Virus record (IMG/VR): IMGVR_UViG_3300027833_000054
Location: 1-59,827 of that record
Origin: a virus
Lineage: Duplodnaviria > Caudoviricetes
Reading direction: 5' to 3' (one strand)
Length of the DNA stretch: 59,827 bases
Within the stretch, counting starts at the first letter, position 1; the number at the start of each line of letters is the position of its first letter. Made by a program: the position numbers and the translations under genes. Below are positions 9,364 through 18,538 of the stretch, one piece after another. The notes under the pieces were generated by a model. It had not been told where the DNA came from and searched no databases. It saw only the letters and a list, made by a program, of their open reading frames with translations.

Positions 9364-10929
9364 ATGCCATTTCAAATAACGCCAGAGATTGATTTCTCAG
9401 CTGTGGGTCTAATCACAGATGTACCTGCACATGCTCTCCCACAAGGAGCTTGGAATGACTGCCTCAACATTAGGGTTAAGGATGGCTCAGTGCAGGGAGT
9501 CAACGACTTCGTAGCCTCTATAGGTTTACCTTCAGGGTATCCTGCTGGTGAAGTAATGTCTGTCACCCAATGGACCCCTGCAGGATCCTCATTCTTAAAC
9601 ATTGCTTACGTATTAAAAGATACAGCATCTACCACAGGTACTAAGGGTCGTGTGTTTGTGTATAACACCAGCACATCTGTTCATGCAGAGATAACCAATG
9701 CAACTGCAGGGGCTAACTTTGAGATAGACTACCAGTACCCACCACAATTATTTGTGTTTAATGGGATACTAATATGTAATCCCGGAACTGGTAATCCACA
9801 ATACATATCTGCAGATGCAACAACAGCAGGTAACTTAGTTGACTTACCAAACTGGACAGCTATGGCTGGCACACAGTACTCACGTATAATGAGGCCTTAT
9901 AAGAACCGTCTGGTAGCTATGAGCTTCTTTGATGATAAGGATACAGCCACCCTTGCAGATGATGAATCATATCCTGTGGACTTCGCATGGTCTTCTCACA
10001 TAACAACATTAGATTCATTAGCTGGGGTAACGTGGCAAGCATCCACTGTGAACACAGCTGGTGATGCATTCTTAACACAGACCCCCGGAAGGATACTTGA
10101 TGGTGGTCAGCTAGGTGAGTTCTTTATTGCTTACAAGTCTGACTCTGTTGTCAGAGTATCAGAGACAGGTGATACCTTTGTACTACAGTTTGATTCTATC
10201 TTTGAAGATGATGGGTTGTACTCAACAAGATGCTTTGCAAACATAGGTGACTCACAACACTTGGTCATAGGTAACTACGGGGTGTACCTTCACGATGGTC
10301 AGTCTTCAAGACAAGACATTGCAAAAGGTTTATTCCAAGAAACTATGTTTAACTTGGTAAGCTCTTCAGATAAAGAAAGGTCCTTTGTATTCCAGCAGAC
10401 CAGAGATAAAGAAGTGTGGTTCTGTTTCAGAGAGACAGGTACTACAGGGTTTGGTTGTAACAAAGCCTTTGTATTTAACTACAGTGACCAGAAGGTACAC
10501 ATACGAACCCTTCCTGACATCTCAGATATGTGGGAAGCAGAGTTGAATGGTTCTTTACAAATCTATGCAGCTAAGGGTACATCAGGTATATATTCTTTGT
10601 CTAATACTGTGTTAATAACTTCAGGGTTCTTTACAAGAATTGAAGACTCTATGGAAAACACAAGTATCTACAAAGACATTGCAACAATGTACCCAGAATC
10701 TAAAGGGTCATTTAAGATTTCTCTTGTAGGTTCCAGCACTAAGATGACAGAGTCTAACTTAAACACAAGCTTTAACTCTAAAGATAAAACCTTTGATCCT
10801 GCAAGTGACCACAAGGTAAACGTACGAGAGTCAGGAAGGTTCATGAACTTAAGGGTTACAATGAACGGAACAAATAACCCTAAGTTAACAACCCTCCAGT
10901 TTGGTTTAAGGGGTCAAGGTAAGAGGTAG
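9364..10929 (+). CDS. tail nozzle / DNA-stabilisation protein (P22 gp10 / T7 gp12-like)
   Basis: 521 aa, beta-propeller-like (GLITDVP..LP.GAW....N.R), in the position typical of podovirus tail tubular proteins. Confidence 0.65.
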   Translation: MPFQITPEIDFSAVGLITDVPAHALPQGAWNDCLNIRVKDGSVQGVNDFVASIGLPSGYPAGEVMSVTQWTPAGSSFLNIAYVLKDTASTTGTKGRVFVYNTSTSVHAEITNATAGANFEIDYQYPPQLFVFNGILICNPGTGNPQYISADATTAGNLVDLPNWTAMAGTQYSRIMRPYKNRLVAMSFFDDKDTATLADDESYPVDFAWSSHITTLDSLAGVTWQASTVNTAGDAFLTQTPGRILDGGQLGEFFIAYKSDSVVRVSETGDTFVLQFDSIFEDDGLYSTRCFANIGDSQHLVIGNYGVYLHDGQSSRQDIAKGLFQETMFNLVSSSDKERSFVFQQTRDKEVWFCFRETGTTGFGCNKAFVFNYSDQKVHIRTLPDISDMWEAELNGSLQIYAAKGTSGIYSLSNTVLITSGFFTRIEDSMENTSIYKDIATMYPESKGSFKISLVGSSTKMTESNLNTSFNSKDKTFDPASDHKVNVRESGRFMNLRVTMNGTNNPKLTTLQFGLRGQGKR

Positions 10930-10932
10930 TAT

Positions 10933-12876
10933 ATGGCTAGTATAAGTGAAACAGAATTACAGAGAAGGTTAAAGGCTTTAGAACGTAGACCTTCCAGTAA
11001 AGAAAGCAACTACCTCTCCAGTGTAGACCCAGTAGAGGGATCTTTCGCAGAAGGGGATACACATTATAATGCAACTACAAATAACTTGTGGTTATTCTCA
11101 AATGGTGTATGGGCAATAGATACTTCAATCCTACATGTTAGGTATGCAGATGCTGTCACAACTAACCCACCTACTGCTCAGAACCAAGTGACCAACTTCA
11201 GCACTGACCCATTGAATCCCAGTGGATCCCTTAAGGCTTGGAGAGGTCTATGGTGGGGCAGTATAACTGCAACAACAGACCCCACAGACTACGAATGGTT
11301 TGACATAACATCTTCACCATCTGCTATGACAAGATACTACTCAGAAGACACAGGACTTCGTGCAGACATGGGTACACCCAGTAAACCTGTTGAAGGTATT
11401 ACTTGGGTACTTGGAGGTGCAACAACAAATACAACTTGGCTTGCTGATCGATTTACTATTGATGGTAAGGTGGGTCCTTGGGAGATATACCCAGTTAAAC
11501 CTATGGAACAAGGTGTACCTCTGATACGTTATGTTAAGGTGGGTTCTAATGCACCAACACTTAATGACTCTGTTTGGATTGCTGATGTCATTATTGCAGC
11601 ACAGTCTTTCACAGGCAGACCTTACTCTAATCAAATGGAACTAGGCTATGGCACTGTATGTGTTATCAAGTATGATGATGCTGTGTTATCAGGTAAGTTT
11701 ACACAGGTATCTGGAGTTAACACTTGGGTGTCTGCTGGTGAAACTATTGATGGTTCCCTTGTAGTTTCAGGTACGGTTACTGCAGATAAGATACAGGCTA
11801 ACTCAATAACTGCAACTCAGATAGCTGCAGGTGCAATTACTTCCGATACGATAGCAGCAGGTGCTGTAACCGCTAATAAGATTACTATAGCAGAAAACAT
11901 AGCGTTTACAGGAAGCACCTCTGGTCTTATATTTGGAAAGACTTCATTAGCAGATACATCAGCTGGTTCTTTCTATGGTAAGTCACTAGATGCCAATAAT
12001 AATTCAATATCAGGTTTCAATATATCATCTGGAACAAGTGGCATTTACGCAGATAGTTCAGGTATTATGGCACTGAACAATGTTAGGATTTATACAGGCT
12101 CTGCAGGTACTGCTCTAGAATTACCAAACCCTGGATTTTATGCAACTAGTATAGCCCCTGCTACGACTGTCATATCTGTGACAATAGTAGGTGGTGGTGC
12201 AGGTGCTCAGAATACTATGATACTAGCTGCCTATGGCGCAACCACAGGGCAAAGGGTTGGCAGTTCAGGTACAAGTTCTTGGATTGAATTCTACAGTGGC
12301 CCTGTTGTAAGTGGCAGCGTAACTGGTAGTTTATTAAATATCGGTGGCACCTCTAGATTTGAAGCTGCAGGAGGTACTGCCACCTCTTGGGTAGCAGGTC
12401 CTACGGGTACTGCAGGGCCTAATGGTCAGGCATCATCACAATCTGGCTCAGCTGGAGCTGGTGGACCTGTTCAAAATAGCCAAAGTGCTCTTCCAGATGC
12501 TGGTAATGGTTCCAAAGGTGGTGGCGGGGGTGGTGGTGGTGGTAATATCTACTTCAACCAAATAAATATGAGGTCAGCAGGTAGTGTTGCACCAGCAGGT
12601 GCTACTATAAGTCAACAATTTACAATACCCACTGGAACTCAAAGTGTTAAAGCATTTGTAGGAACTGGAGGGGCTGGTGCTGCAGGTGGTATAATCCCAT
12701 ATACTTTCCTTCAAGGTGGACAACAAAACCCAGTAACTGGATATGCTAGCTCTGTTGGAGGGGGTGATGGTGGTAATGGATTTATATCTATTGCTGACCC
12801 TAACTCAGGTGGTATAGAAGTGGACTTGGTTTCTCTTGCTAATAGAATTACAGCCTTAGAAACTTATCATCCATAA
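10933..12876 (+). CDS. tail fibre/spike protein with Gly-rich C-terminus
   Basis: GTVTADKIQANSITATQIAAGAIT repeats and a GGGGG-rich domain. Confidence 0.7.
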   Translation: MASISETELQRRLKALERRPSSKESNYLSSVDPVEGSFAEGDTHYNATTNNLWLFSNGVWAIDTSILHVRYADAVTTNPPTAQNQVTNFSTDPLNPSGSLKAWRGLWWGSITATTDPTDYEWFDITSSPSAMTRYYSEDTGLRADMGTPSKPVEGITWVLGGATTNTTWLADRFTIDGKVGPWEIYPVKPMEQGVPLIRYVKVGSNAPTLNDSVWIADVIIAAQSFTGRPYSNQMELGYGTVCVIKYDDAVLSGKFTQVSGVNTWVSAGETIDGSLVVSGTVTADKIQANSITATQIAAGAITSDTIAAGAVTANKITIAENIAFTGSTSGLIFGKTSLADTSAGSFYGKSLDANNNSISGFNISSGTSGIYADSSGIMALNNVRIYTGSAGTALELPNPGFYATSIAPATTVISVTIVGGGAGAQNTMILAAYGATTGQRVGSSGTSSWIEFYSGPVVSGSVTGSLLNIGGTSRFEAAGGTATSWVAGPTGTAGPNGQASSQSGSAGAGGPVQNSQSALPDAGNGSKGGGGGGGGGNIYFNQINMRSAGSVAPAGATISQQFTIPTGTQSVKAFVGTGGAGAAGGIIPYTFLQGGQQNPVTGYASSVGGGDGGNGFISIADPNSGGIEVDLVSLANRITALETYHP

Positions 12877-12898
12877 ACATTTAAAGGACTAACTAAAC

Positions 12899-13339
12899 AT
12901 GTCAATCGAAATCACACAAGTAGTGGGTGAAGATATACTATTAAAGTATCATTTCCTAAAACCATACATAGAGTCTGCATTAGTGCACAGCTCAGGTGAA
13001 TGGACTACACAACAGATAATCCAAGGAGCTGTATCAGATCCTCAGAACTTCCATGTATGGGAGGTCTTTGATGATGGTGAGTTTGTTGCGATTGGAACTA
13101 CAAGACTAATACAGTACAACAACTTTGTGTCACTCCACATAATAACTCTTGGCGGTAAGACCAATGATAAGATGACAGAATGGACCACTGAGTTTGCTAC
13201 ACAAATGAGTAAGTTCCCTCAGATTGACTGTTTAGAATTTACAGGTCGAAGAGGCCTACTAAAACCACTTGAGAAAGCTGGTTGGAAAGAACGATACACA
13301 ACAATGAGAAAGAGTTTAAAGGAGACCTTTGATGTCTAA
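12899..13339 (+). CDS. putative GNAT-like internal virion protein
   Basis: 146 aa, LHIITLGG...EFTGRRG...L...GW; precedes the ejection proteins. Confidence 0.55.
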   Translation: MSIEITQVVGEDILLKYHFLKPYIESALVHSSGEWTTQQIIQGAVSDPQNFHVWEVFDDGEFVAIGTTRLIQYNNFVSLHIITLGGKTNDKMTEWTTEFATQMSKFPQIDCLEFTGRRGLLKPLEKAGWKERYTTMRKSLKETFDV

Positions 13340-14048
13340 ACTAGTAAAGATTTATGATGGCATGACATTTGACATGTCTACAGGAGAAGTACTTTCTCAT
13401 GGTGATATCACCTACCATGCTGAAGAAGATATTGCACAATGTGGTGGTGGTGGCCCATCAACTCAGACGACTACCTCTGGCTTTGCCACAGAGTACAAGC
13501 CACAGATCAGTGGTATGATGGCAGATGCCAAGGGTATGTATGACTCTGGTCAGCTAGGTCAAGTCGCAGGGTTTACCCAAACAGGACTAGATGCACAGAA
13601 AGCTGGATTAGCAGCAGCTAATAACCAGACAGGTATTGCCACCAACATGATGGACATTGCCAACCAACCTGTGGATCTCTCAGGTATGAGGGCACAATCC
13701 CTATTAGATGCAAAAGGTGCTTTAGGGACTTCTCAAGGTATGGCTGGACAACGTGGTGGTCTTGGTGGCGCTCGTCAGTCTTTGAATCAAAGTGGTATTG
13801 AGAATAACCTAGCTGCTTCATTTGCTGGTATTGATCAACAAGCTCAGCAGAATCAAATGGCTAACCTTAATGCTGCTCTGGGTGTTCAGGGTCAAGGTGC
13901 ACAGACAATGGGTATGATTGGTCAGGCACAACAGGCACAGAAACAGGCTGAGGCGGACGCACCATACACAGCTCTTGCACAACAGATTGGTTTGTTCTCT
14001 GGCATTGCACCTAAGGAACAAACAACTACTAAAACTGGAGGTAAGTAA
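13332..14048 (+). CDS. DNA ejection/pilot protein
   Basis: Gly/Gln/Ala-rich with a CGGGG motif after the N-terminal segment. Confidence 0.6.
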   Translation: MSKLVKIYDGMTFDMSTGEVLSHGDITYHAEEDIAQCGGGGPSTQTTTSGFATEYKPQISGMMADAKGMYDSGQLGQVAGFTQTGLDAQKAGLAAANNQTGIATNMMDIANQPVDLSGMRAQSLLDAKGALGTSQGMAGQRGGLGGARQSLNQSGIENNLAASFAGIDQQAQQNQMANLNAALGVQGQGAQTMGMIGQAQQAQKQAEADAPYTALAQQIGLFSGIAPKEQTTTKTGGK

Positions 14049-14665
14049 TGGCTGGATTTAATCCCTTTGCCCCTCAGATGACACAACAACAGCAGCGAGG
14101 TAAGGCTCCTCAGATTCAAGGGCTTCCTACCCCTAACGTAGCTATGCATGATAAACCCGGACTTATGGAAACGGTTGGTCCAGCTGTAGCAGAAAAAGCT
14201 ATAGGTTCAGATATGGCAAAAAGTGCAGGTAACTATTTGGTTGACAGCGGTAAGGATGCATGGAGTGCTTTAACTAAGTCACCAGCATCACCATCAACCA
14301 TACCTGTCAGTGAGCTATCCAACACTATGGGTACAGCTGTTTCACCGTCAGGTATGTTTGGCGGTGCTGAAGGGGCTATGGCAGCTCAACAAGCAGCAGC
14401 AGCAAATACAGCAGCACAGGGTACAACAGCTCTTATGGGTGCAAGTCCAGCAGCTTTTGGAGGCATGGCAGCAGGAGGCGCTGAAGCTGCAATAGCAGCA
14501 GAGGTAGCTGCAGCAGCAGCCGCAGAAGCAGCAGCAGCCTCCGCATTGACAGGTGCAGCAGCAGGTACAGGTGCAGCAGCAGCAGCTCCAATGGCGCTGG
14601 CAGCAGGTCCGTTTGCTCCACTGGTACTTGGTGGAATGATGTTAGCCGCTAACTCAGGAAAGTAA
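14048..14665 (+). CDS. Ala-rich ejection protein with C-terminal hydrophobic helix
   Basis: Poly-Ala region plus AAGPFAPLVLGGMMLA; Cys-free. Confidence 0.55.
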   Translation: MAGFNPFAPQMTQQQQRGKAPQIQGLPTPNVAMHDKPGLMETVGPAVAEKAIGSDMAKSAGNYLVDSGKDAWSALTKSPASPSTIPVSELSNTMGTAVSPSGMFGGAEGAMAAQQAAAANTAAQGTTALMGASPAAFGGMAAGGAEAAIAAEVAAAAAAEAAAASALTGAAAGTGAAAAAPMALAAGPFAPLVLGGMMLAANSGK

Positions 14666-14675
14666 GGAGTATACA

Positions 14676-16457
14676 ATGGCAACTGCTACACAAATTAAAG
14701 ATCTTCAAACTAGGCTTGATAAATTATTCAAACCTGCAGGTACAGTAAAGGCTACTAATGACACTTGGTCTCGTAACAAGCTAGCACTTGATACTATGGA
14801 ATCTGCTAATAAGATACCAGTTTTAAATCAAAGTGGATCCACTAAAGGTAAGTCTAAAGCATCTGCAGCAGCTTTAAAAGCATACCCAAATATGCCAGAA
14901 AGCTACAAAGAAATGTTATCAGACTTAGCTGGTCGTGAAGGATACAACCCTAACTTTTATCTAGACGGTTCAGGGTACTTGACTACAGGTGTTGGCCTTA
15001 CAGGTGAGTATGTTGCAGATGAAACACCTTTCAGATCTATGACAGACCATGAGAATAAGGCTAAACGTCTTGTTCCCGGACTTGAATACTACACTCCTGA
15101 GATACAGAAATCTATCATACATGCTGCTTACCGTGGAGACTTGACGTATCCTAAGGATGACAAGTACGGTAACAAAGCAGGTGATCCTTACAAGTGGGTT
15201 AACAATCTTAATTCTGGGAACTGGAATGAAGCTGCAGATGAGCTTTTAAGAAATGATGAGTACTTTGCTTCTCGAGGAGAAGACTCTAAAGGAAACTCTG
15301 TAGACATTAAAAACCCCGGACTTCAATCTTACTTTGAGGACATACACAATAGTCTTAAAGAACAACATTACATAGAGAACCCATCAGATAGGCCAGAAGA
15401 TTCTGGATTCATATCTGATATAGTGGACGATGGCTTAGCTTTTGGTAATAAAGTATTACGTAAAGTAGATCGAACTGTAGACTCAACTGTAGATTCTGTA
15501 CAAGGATTTATGGATGAGATGCTATCTACTGGTGAAATGCCAAAAGACAAAGTACCATCAATAAAAACACAAGAAATTCCAGTACCCGAACAAGGGGCTG
15601 CTGTACCTAAATCGGAGAATGAAATGGCAACACAAGCACAGGTTGATTCCTTTTTAAGGAAACGTAATGAACGAATTGGTCAAGAAGAAACAAGTTCTGG
15701 CAGAGTTAATACTAGTCGTTTAAATGATCCAAAACTTATGTCTAAGGATGGTGTTATTGTAGGTCGTGAACCTGTCGATAAGATCGGTGAGTACATAGGG
15801 CCTAATGAAATCATGGACAATCCATTATATAAAGATGAAATAACTAAAGCTCAGATGTTCCAAGATGCTAAGCGTATGCAACAGGGTCAAATCAACTTAC
15901 CAAATCAAATGGGAAGAGGGGATGGGGTAAGCGAGATGAAGCGTAGGTTAGCGGATGTACTTGCCACACCAAACCGTCAACAAGCAAGTCAGCTTAACAT
16001 GACACCACCTCAGGGAACTGTAGACCAAGGTCTTATGAGTGCTTTAGGTTACCAACCTCAGGGAACTGTAGACCAAGGTCTTATGAGTGCTTTAGGTTAC
16101 CAACCAGCAGTCAAAGAGCCAGCCGCTGTAGCTTACCCTAGCAAGCAAAGTAATATGGATAATATACTTCAGCAGACTCAACTCAACTTAGATAAAAGGA
16201 GTGGAGAAAACTATCATTTTGATCGGAATGGTAAATTAGTAATAGATATAAACCCTCATCTGCAAAACCCTACTATACCTATGGGTACTTTTCTTGACGG
16301 TAACGGACAACCTGTTGTGTCTGGTAATGGTTCTATGATTGGATCTCCCACACAGAACCCAGCTTATAGAGCACCTGCTGGCGGTAAAGGCGCTAATGCC
16401 ACACCTCAGTCAGCTATAGATCAGCTAACGGGTGTCAAAGGATTCGGAGGTAAGTAA
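14676..16457 (+). CDS. internal virion protein with lysozyme domain
   Basis: REGY...YLDGSGYLTTGVG (E-x8-D-x5-T catalytic triad of T4-type lysozymes) and W.EAADELL; disordered C-terminus. Confidence 0.75.
   Translation: MATATQIKDLQTRLDKLFKPAGTVKATNDTWSRNKLALDTMESANKIPVLNQSGSTKGKSKASAAALKAYPNMPESYKEMLSDLAGREGYNPNFYLDGSGYLTTGVGLTGEYVADETPFRSMTDHENKAKRLVPGLEYYTPEIQKSIIHAAYRGDLTYPKDDKYGNKAGDPYKWVNNLNSGNWNEAADELLRNDEYFASRGEDSKGNSVDIKNPGLQSYFEDIHNSLKEQHYIENPSDRPEDSGFISDIVDDGLAFGNKVLRKVDRTVDSTVDSVQGFMDEMLSTGEMPKDKVPSIKTQEIPVPEQGAAVPKSENEMATQAQVDSFLRKRNERIGQEETSSGRVNTSRLNDPKLMSKDGVIVGREPVDKIGEYIGPNEIMDNPLYKDEITKAQMFQDAKRMQQGQINLPNQMGRGDGVSEMKRRLADVLATPNRQQASQLNMTPPQGTVDQGLMSALGYQPQGTVDQGLMSALGYQPAVKEPAAVAYPSKQSNMDNILQQTQLNLDKRSGENYHFDRNGKLVIDINPHLQNPTIPMGTFLDGNGQPVVSGNGSMIGSPTQNPAYRAPAGGKGANATPQSAIDQLTGVKGFGGK
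16007..16105 (+). repeat. perfect in-frame 48-bp tandem duplication
   Basis: CCTCAGGGAACTGTAGACCAAGGTCTTATGAGTGCTTTAGGTTACCAA at 16008 and 16056. Confidence 0.95.
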
Positions 16458-18535
16458 TGGCTGTTAATAAAAATATGCCTAAATTCTCAGGCACTAACAT
16501 ACCTAGGCCTGTTCCTGATCCAAACCAAGGTAAACTTAACTTTGATGGTAGAGGTAGGAAACCAAACCTAGCACCTAAAGTTGTCCCACCAGTTCAACCA
16601 GTTCCAGCTCAACAAGCATTAGACTTAGACAACACTGCTAAACCAAAAAATACTATACCTTCTGTAGATAAGAATGGTAACCCAAGGACTACTTTTCCAA
16701 AGGCTGCTGTAGATGATATGGGTAACAAGGTTAAACCAACTGATTACAAACAGCTTGCTAAGTTTGGTAAAGCTGCATGGAAAGCTTCTAAAATTCCTAG
16801 GGCATTAACACCTATAGGTCTTGGATCTATGGTACTGGAGGAAGCTCTTTTCCCCACAGTGTATGATGCAGATGAAACTAAAAGTGTTCTTGCTGAAGAA
16901 CAATCAGAGTTTGATGCAGATAATTTGAACTTATTAACTGCAGCACAAGACAAGGTTAATCTTTTAACAGAAGTAAATGCCAGCCCTGAGATTTTGAGTC
17001 AAGCTATATCAGATTTAGAAACTCTTAAAGCTAGCATAGACCCTGAACAATCTATCACTGAATGGGAAGATGATGTTAGGAAAGATTTAAAAACCAATCA
17101 AGATATCATTGACTCAAAAGTAGAATCTCTTTCAGATATGCCTGATGCTCTTAGACTTTCACTTAAGCCTTTATTAGAACAACGAGATGCTCTTGAAGCT
17201 AAGCTTGCTGATGCATCTTCTTGGCGTAAAAGTAAAGCTGAGACTGCTGCTGTTGAAAAAGATCCAGATGTTTCCACTATTGTGGACCTAGCTAATGATA
17301 TAACACCAGATGATATAAGTTCTTTGACGGATACTGATAAAACAGCAGTTGAAGAGGAAACTAAAACTGCGCTACAAGCTTTCTTTGATGGTACTGTCAG
17401 TACCCTTAAGGGAGCTATGTCACTTGCTGGTGAAGGTCTAGGCGATCTATGGGGTCAAAAGGCTATACGTAATGCACTTGTATACTACATGGGTGCACGT
17501 CTTATGGGATACTCTGCAAGTGGTTCAGGTATGGCTGCTGGTAATGTTCTTATTAAAGGTTGGGATAACCAAGCTGATGCAGATGCCCTTGCAGCTGAAG
17601 CTGCTACTAAGACTGCTGAGAACAATGCTATTGATATGTCTAAGACTGTTAACTATGTTGATCAGTATGGTAACTTCCAGAAGGTGTACGCATCTAAGAA
17701 CGGTAAGTTCCTGAACCATCCAAAGCTAGGTACTATCGATGTCTCCAAGACAGGATGGAGACCTGCTGCTACAGGTGAGAAGGATCGTCAGACTCGTAAG
17801 CTAGATGCAACAGACAGTGTTAATAAGATTCAAGATCAGGTATTAAATAACTTGAGATCTCAGACTAAGGATGCTGATGGTAATGGCATGTATGACGAGA
17901 ACAACGTTGGTAAAGTTACTCAGATGTTCCAAGAAGCTGGTCTGTCACAACAGATGGTAGACTCTTACACTGACTCATATGGTATTGATGGTCTTGAGAA
18001 GAGTATCCCAATGCTCAGACGAGCTATTGAGTCGTACTCATCAGCTGTTGCTGGTGGGGAGGAAGTTAAAATAGCTTCATTGATGGGACACTTAGATCGG
18101 GCAATGATAACCTCAGGTAAGACACAAGTACCTAAGTCTGTTTATCATTCAGAAGGTAAGGTAGTTGGTTCAGATTCAATGAATACACTATCAGAGAAAC
18201 TCACTAAGGTTCATCAAGTTCAGAAAGGTTATATAGATGTAGTCAAAGCTTCACCAGATCTTACAGATGATCAGAAGGAAGAGTTCATTTATTCTATGAA
18301 AACTGGAGCCACCAAAGCTGACATACTCATACAACTTAACAAGAGCTTCAATGCAATACCCCCGAACCACATGGACTTCTGGAAGAAACAGGCTAAGGAC
18401 TCCAACAAGTCCTCACCTTTCATCATGTGGCTTACATCTGTTACAGATCCGGGCAGACAGCATAGTAGTTATGAGAGTCTTAATATAAATGTATACAGAG
18501 ATCTTGGACTTATACCAAGCAATAAGAAGGAATAG
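16457..18535 (+). CDS. internal virion (ejection) protein
   Basis: 692 aa, helical, Cys-free, within the ejection cluster. Confidence 0.6.
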   Translation: MAVNKNMPKFSGTNIPRPVPDPNQGKLNFDGRGRKPNLAPKVVPPVQPVPAQQALDLDNTAKPKNTIPSVDKNGNPRTTFPKAAVDDMGNKVKPTDYKQLAKFGKAAWKASKIPRALTPIGLGSMVLEEALFPTVYDADETKSVLAEEQSEFDADNLNLLTAAQDKVNLLTEVNASPEILSQAISDLETLKASIDPEQSITEWEDDVRKDLKTNQDIIDSKVESLSDMPDALRLSLKPLLEQRDALEAKLADASSWRKSKAETAAVEKDPDVSTIVDLANDITPDDISSLTDTDKTAVEEETKTALQAFFDGTVSTLKGAMSLAGEGLGDLWGQKAIRNALVYYMGARLMGYSASGSGMAAGNVLIKGWDNQADADALAAEAATKTAENNAIDMSKTVNYVDQYGNFQKVYASKNGKFLNHPKLGTIDVSKTGWRPAATGEKDRQTRKLDATDSVNKIQDQVLNNLRSQTKDADGNGMYDENNVGKVTQMFQEAGLSQQMVDSYTDSYGIDGLEKSIPMLRRAIESYSSAVAGGEEVKIASLMGHLDRAMITSGKTQVPKSVYHSEGKVVGSDSMNTLSEKLTKVHQVQKGYIDVVKASPDLTDDQKEEFIYSMKTGATKADILIQLNKSFNAIPPNHMDFWKKQAKDSNKSSPFIMWLTSVTDPGRQHSSYESLNINVYRDLGLIPSNKKE

Positions 18536-18538
18536 AAT

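Noticed and set aside
14386-14682. Antisense Ala-rich ORFs, and similar shadow ORFs such as 28946-29350, 30084-30530, 51141-51530 and 58629-59217
   Set aside because: They lie opposite well-supported genes and arise from codon bias or repeats; no RBS or motif support.
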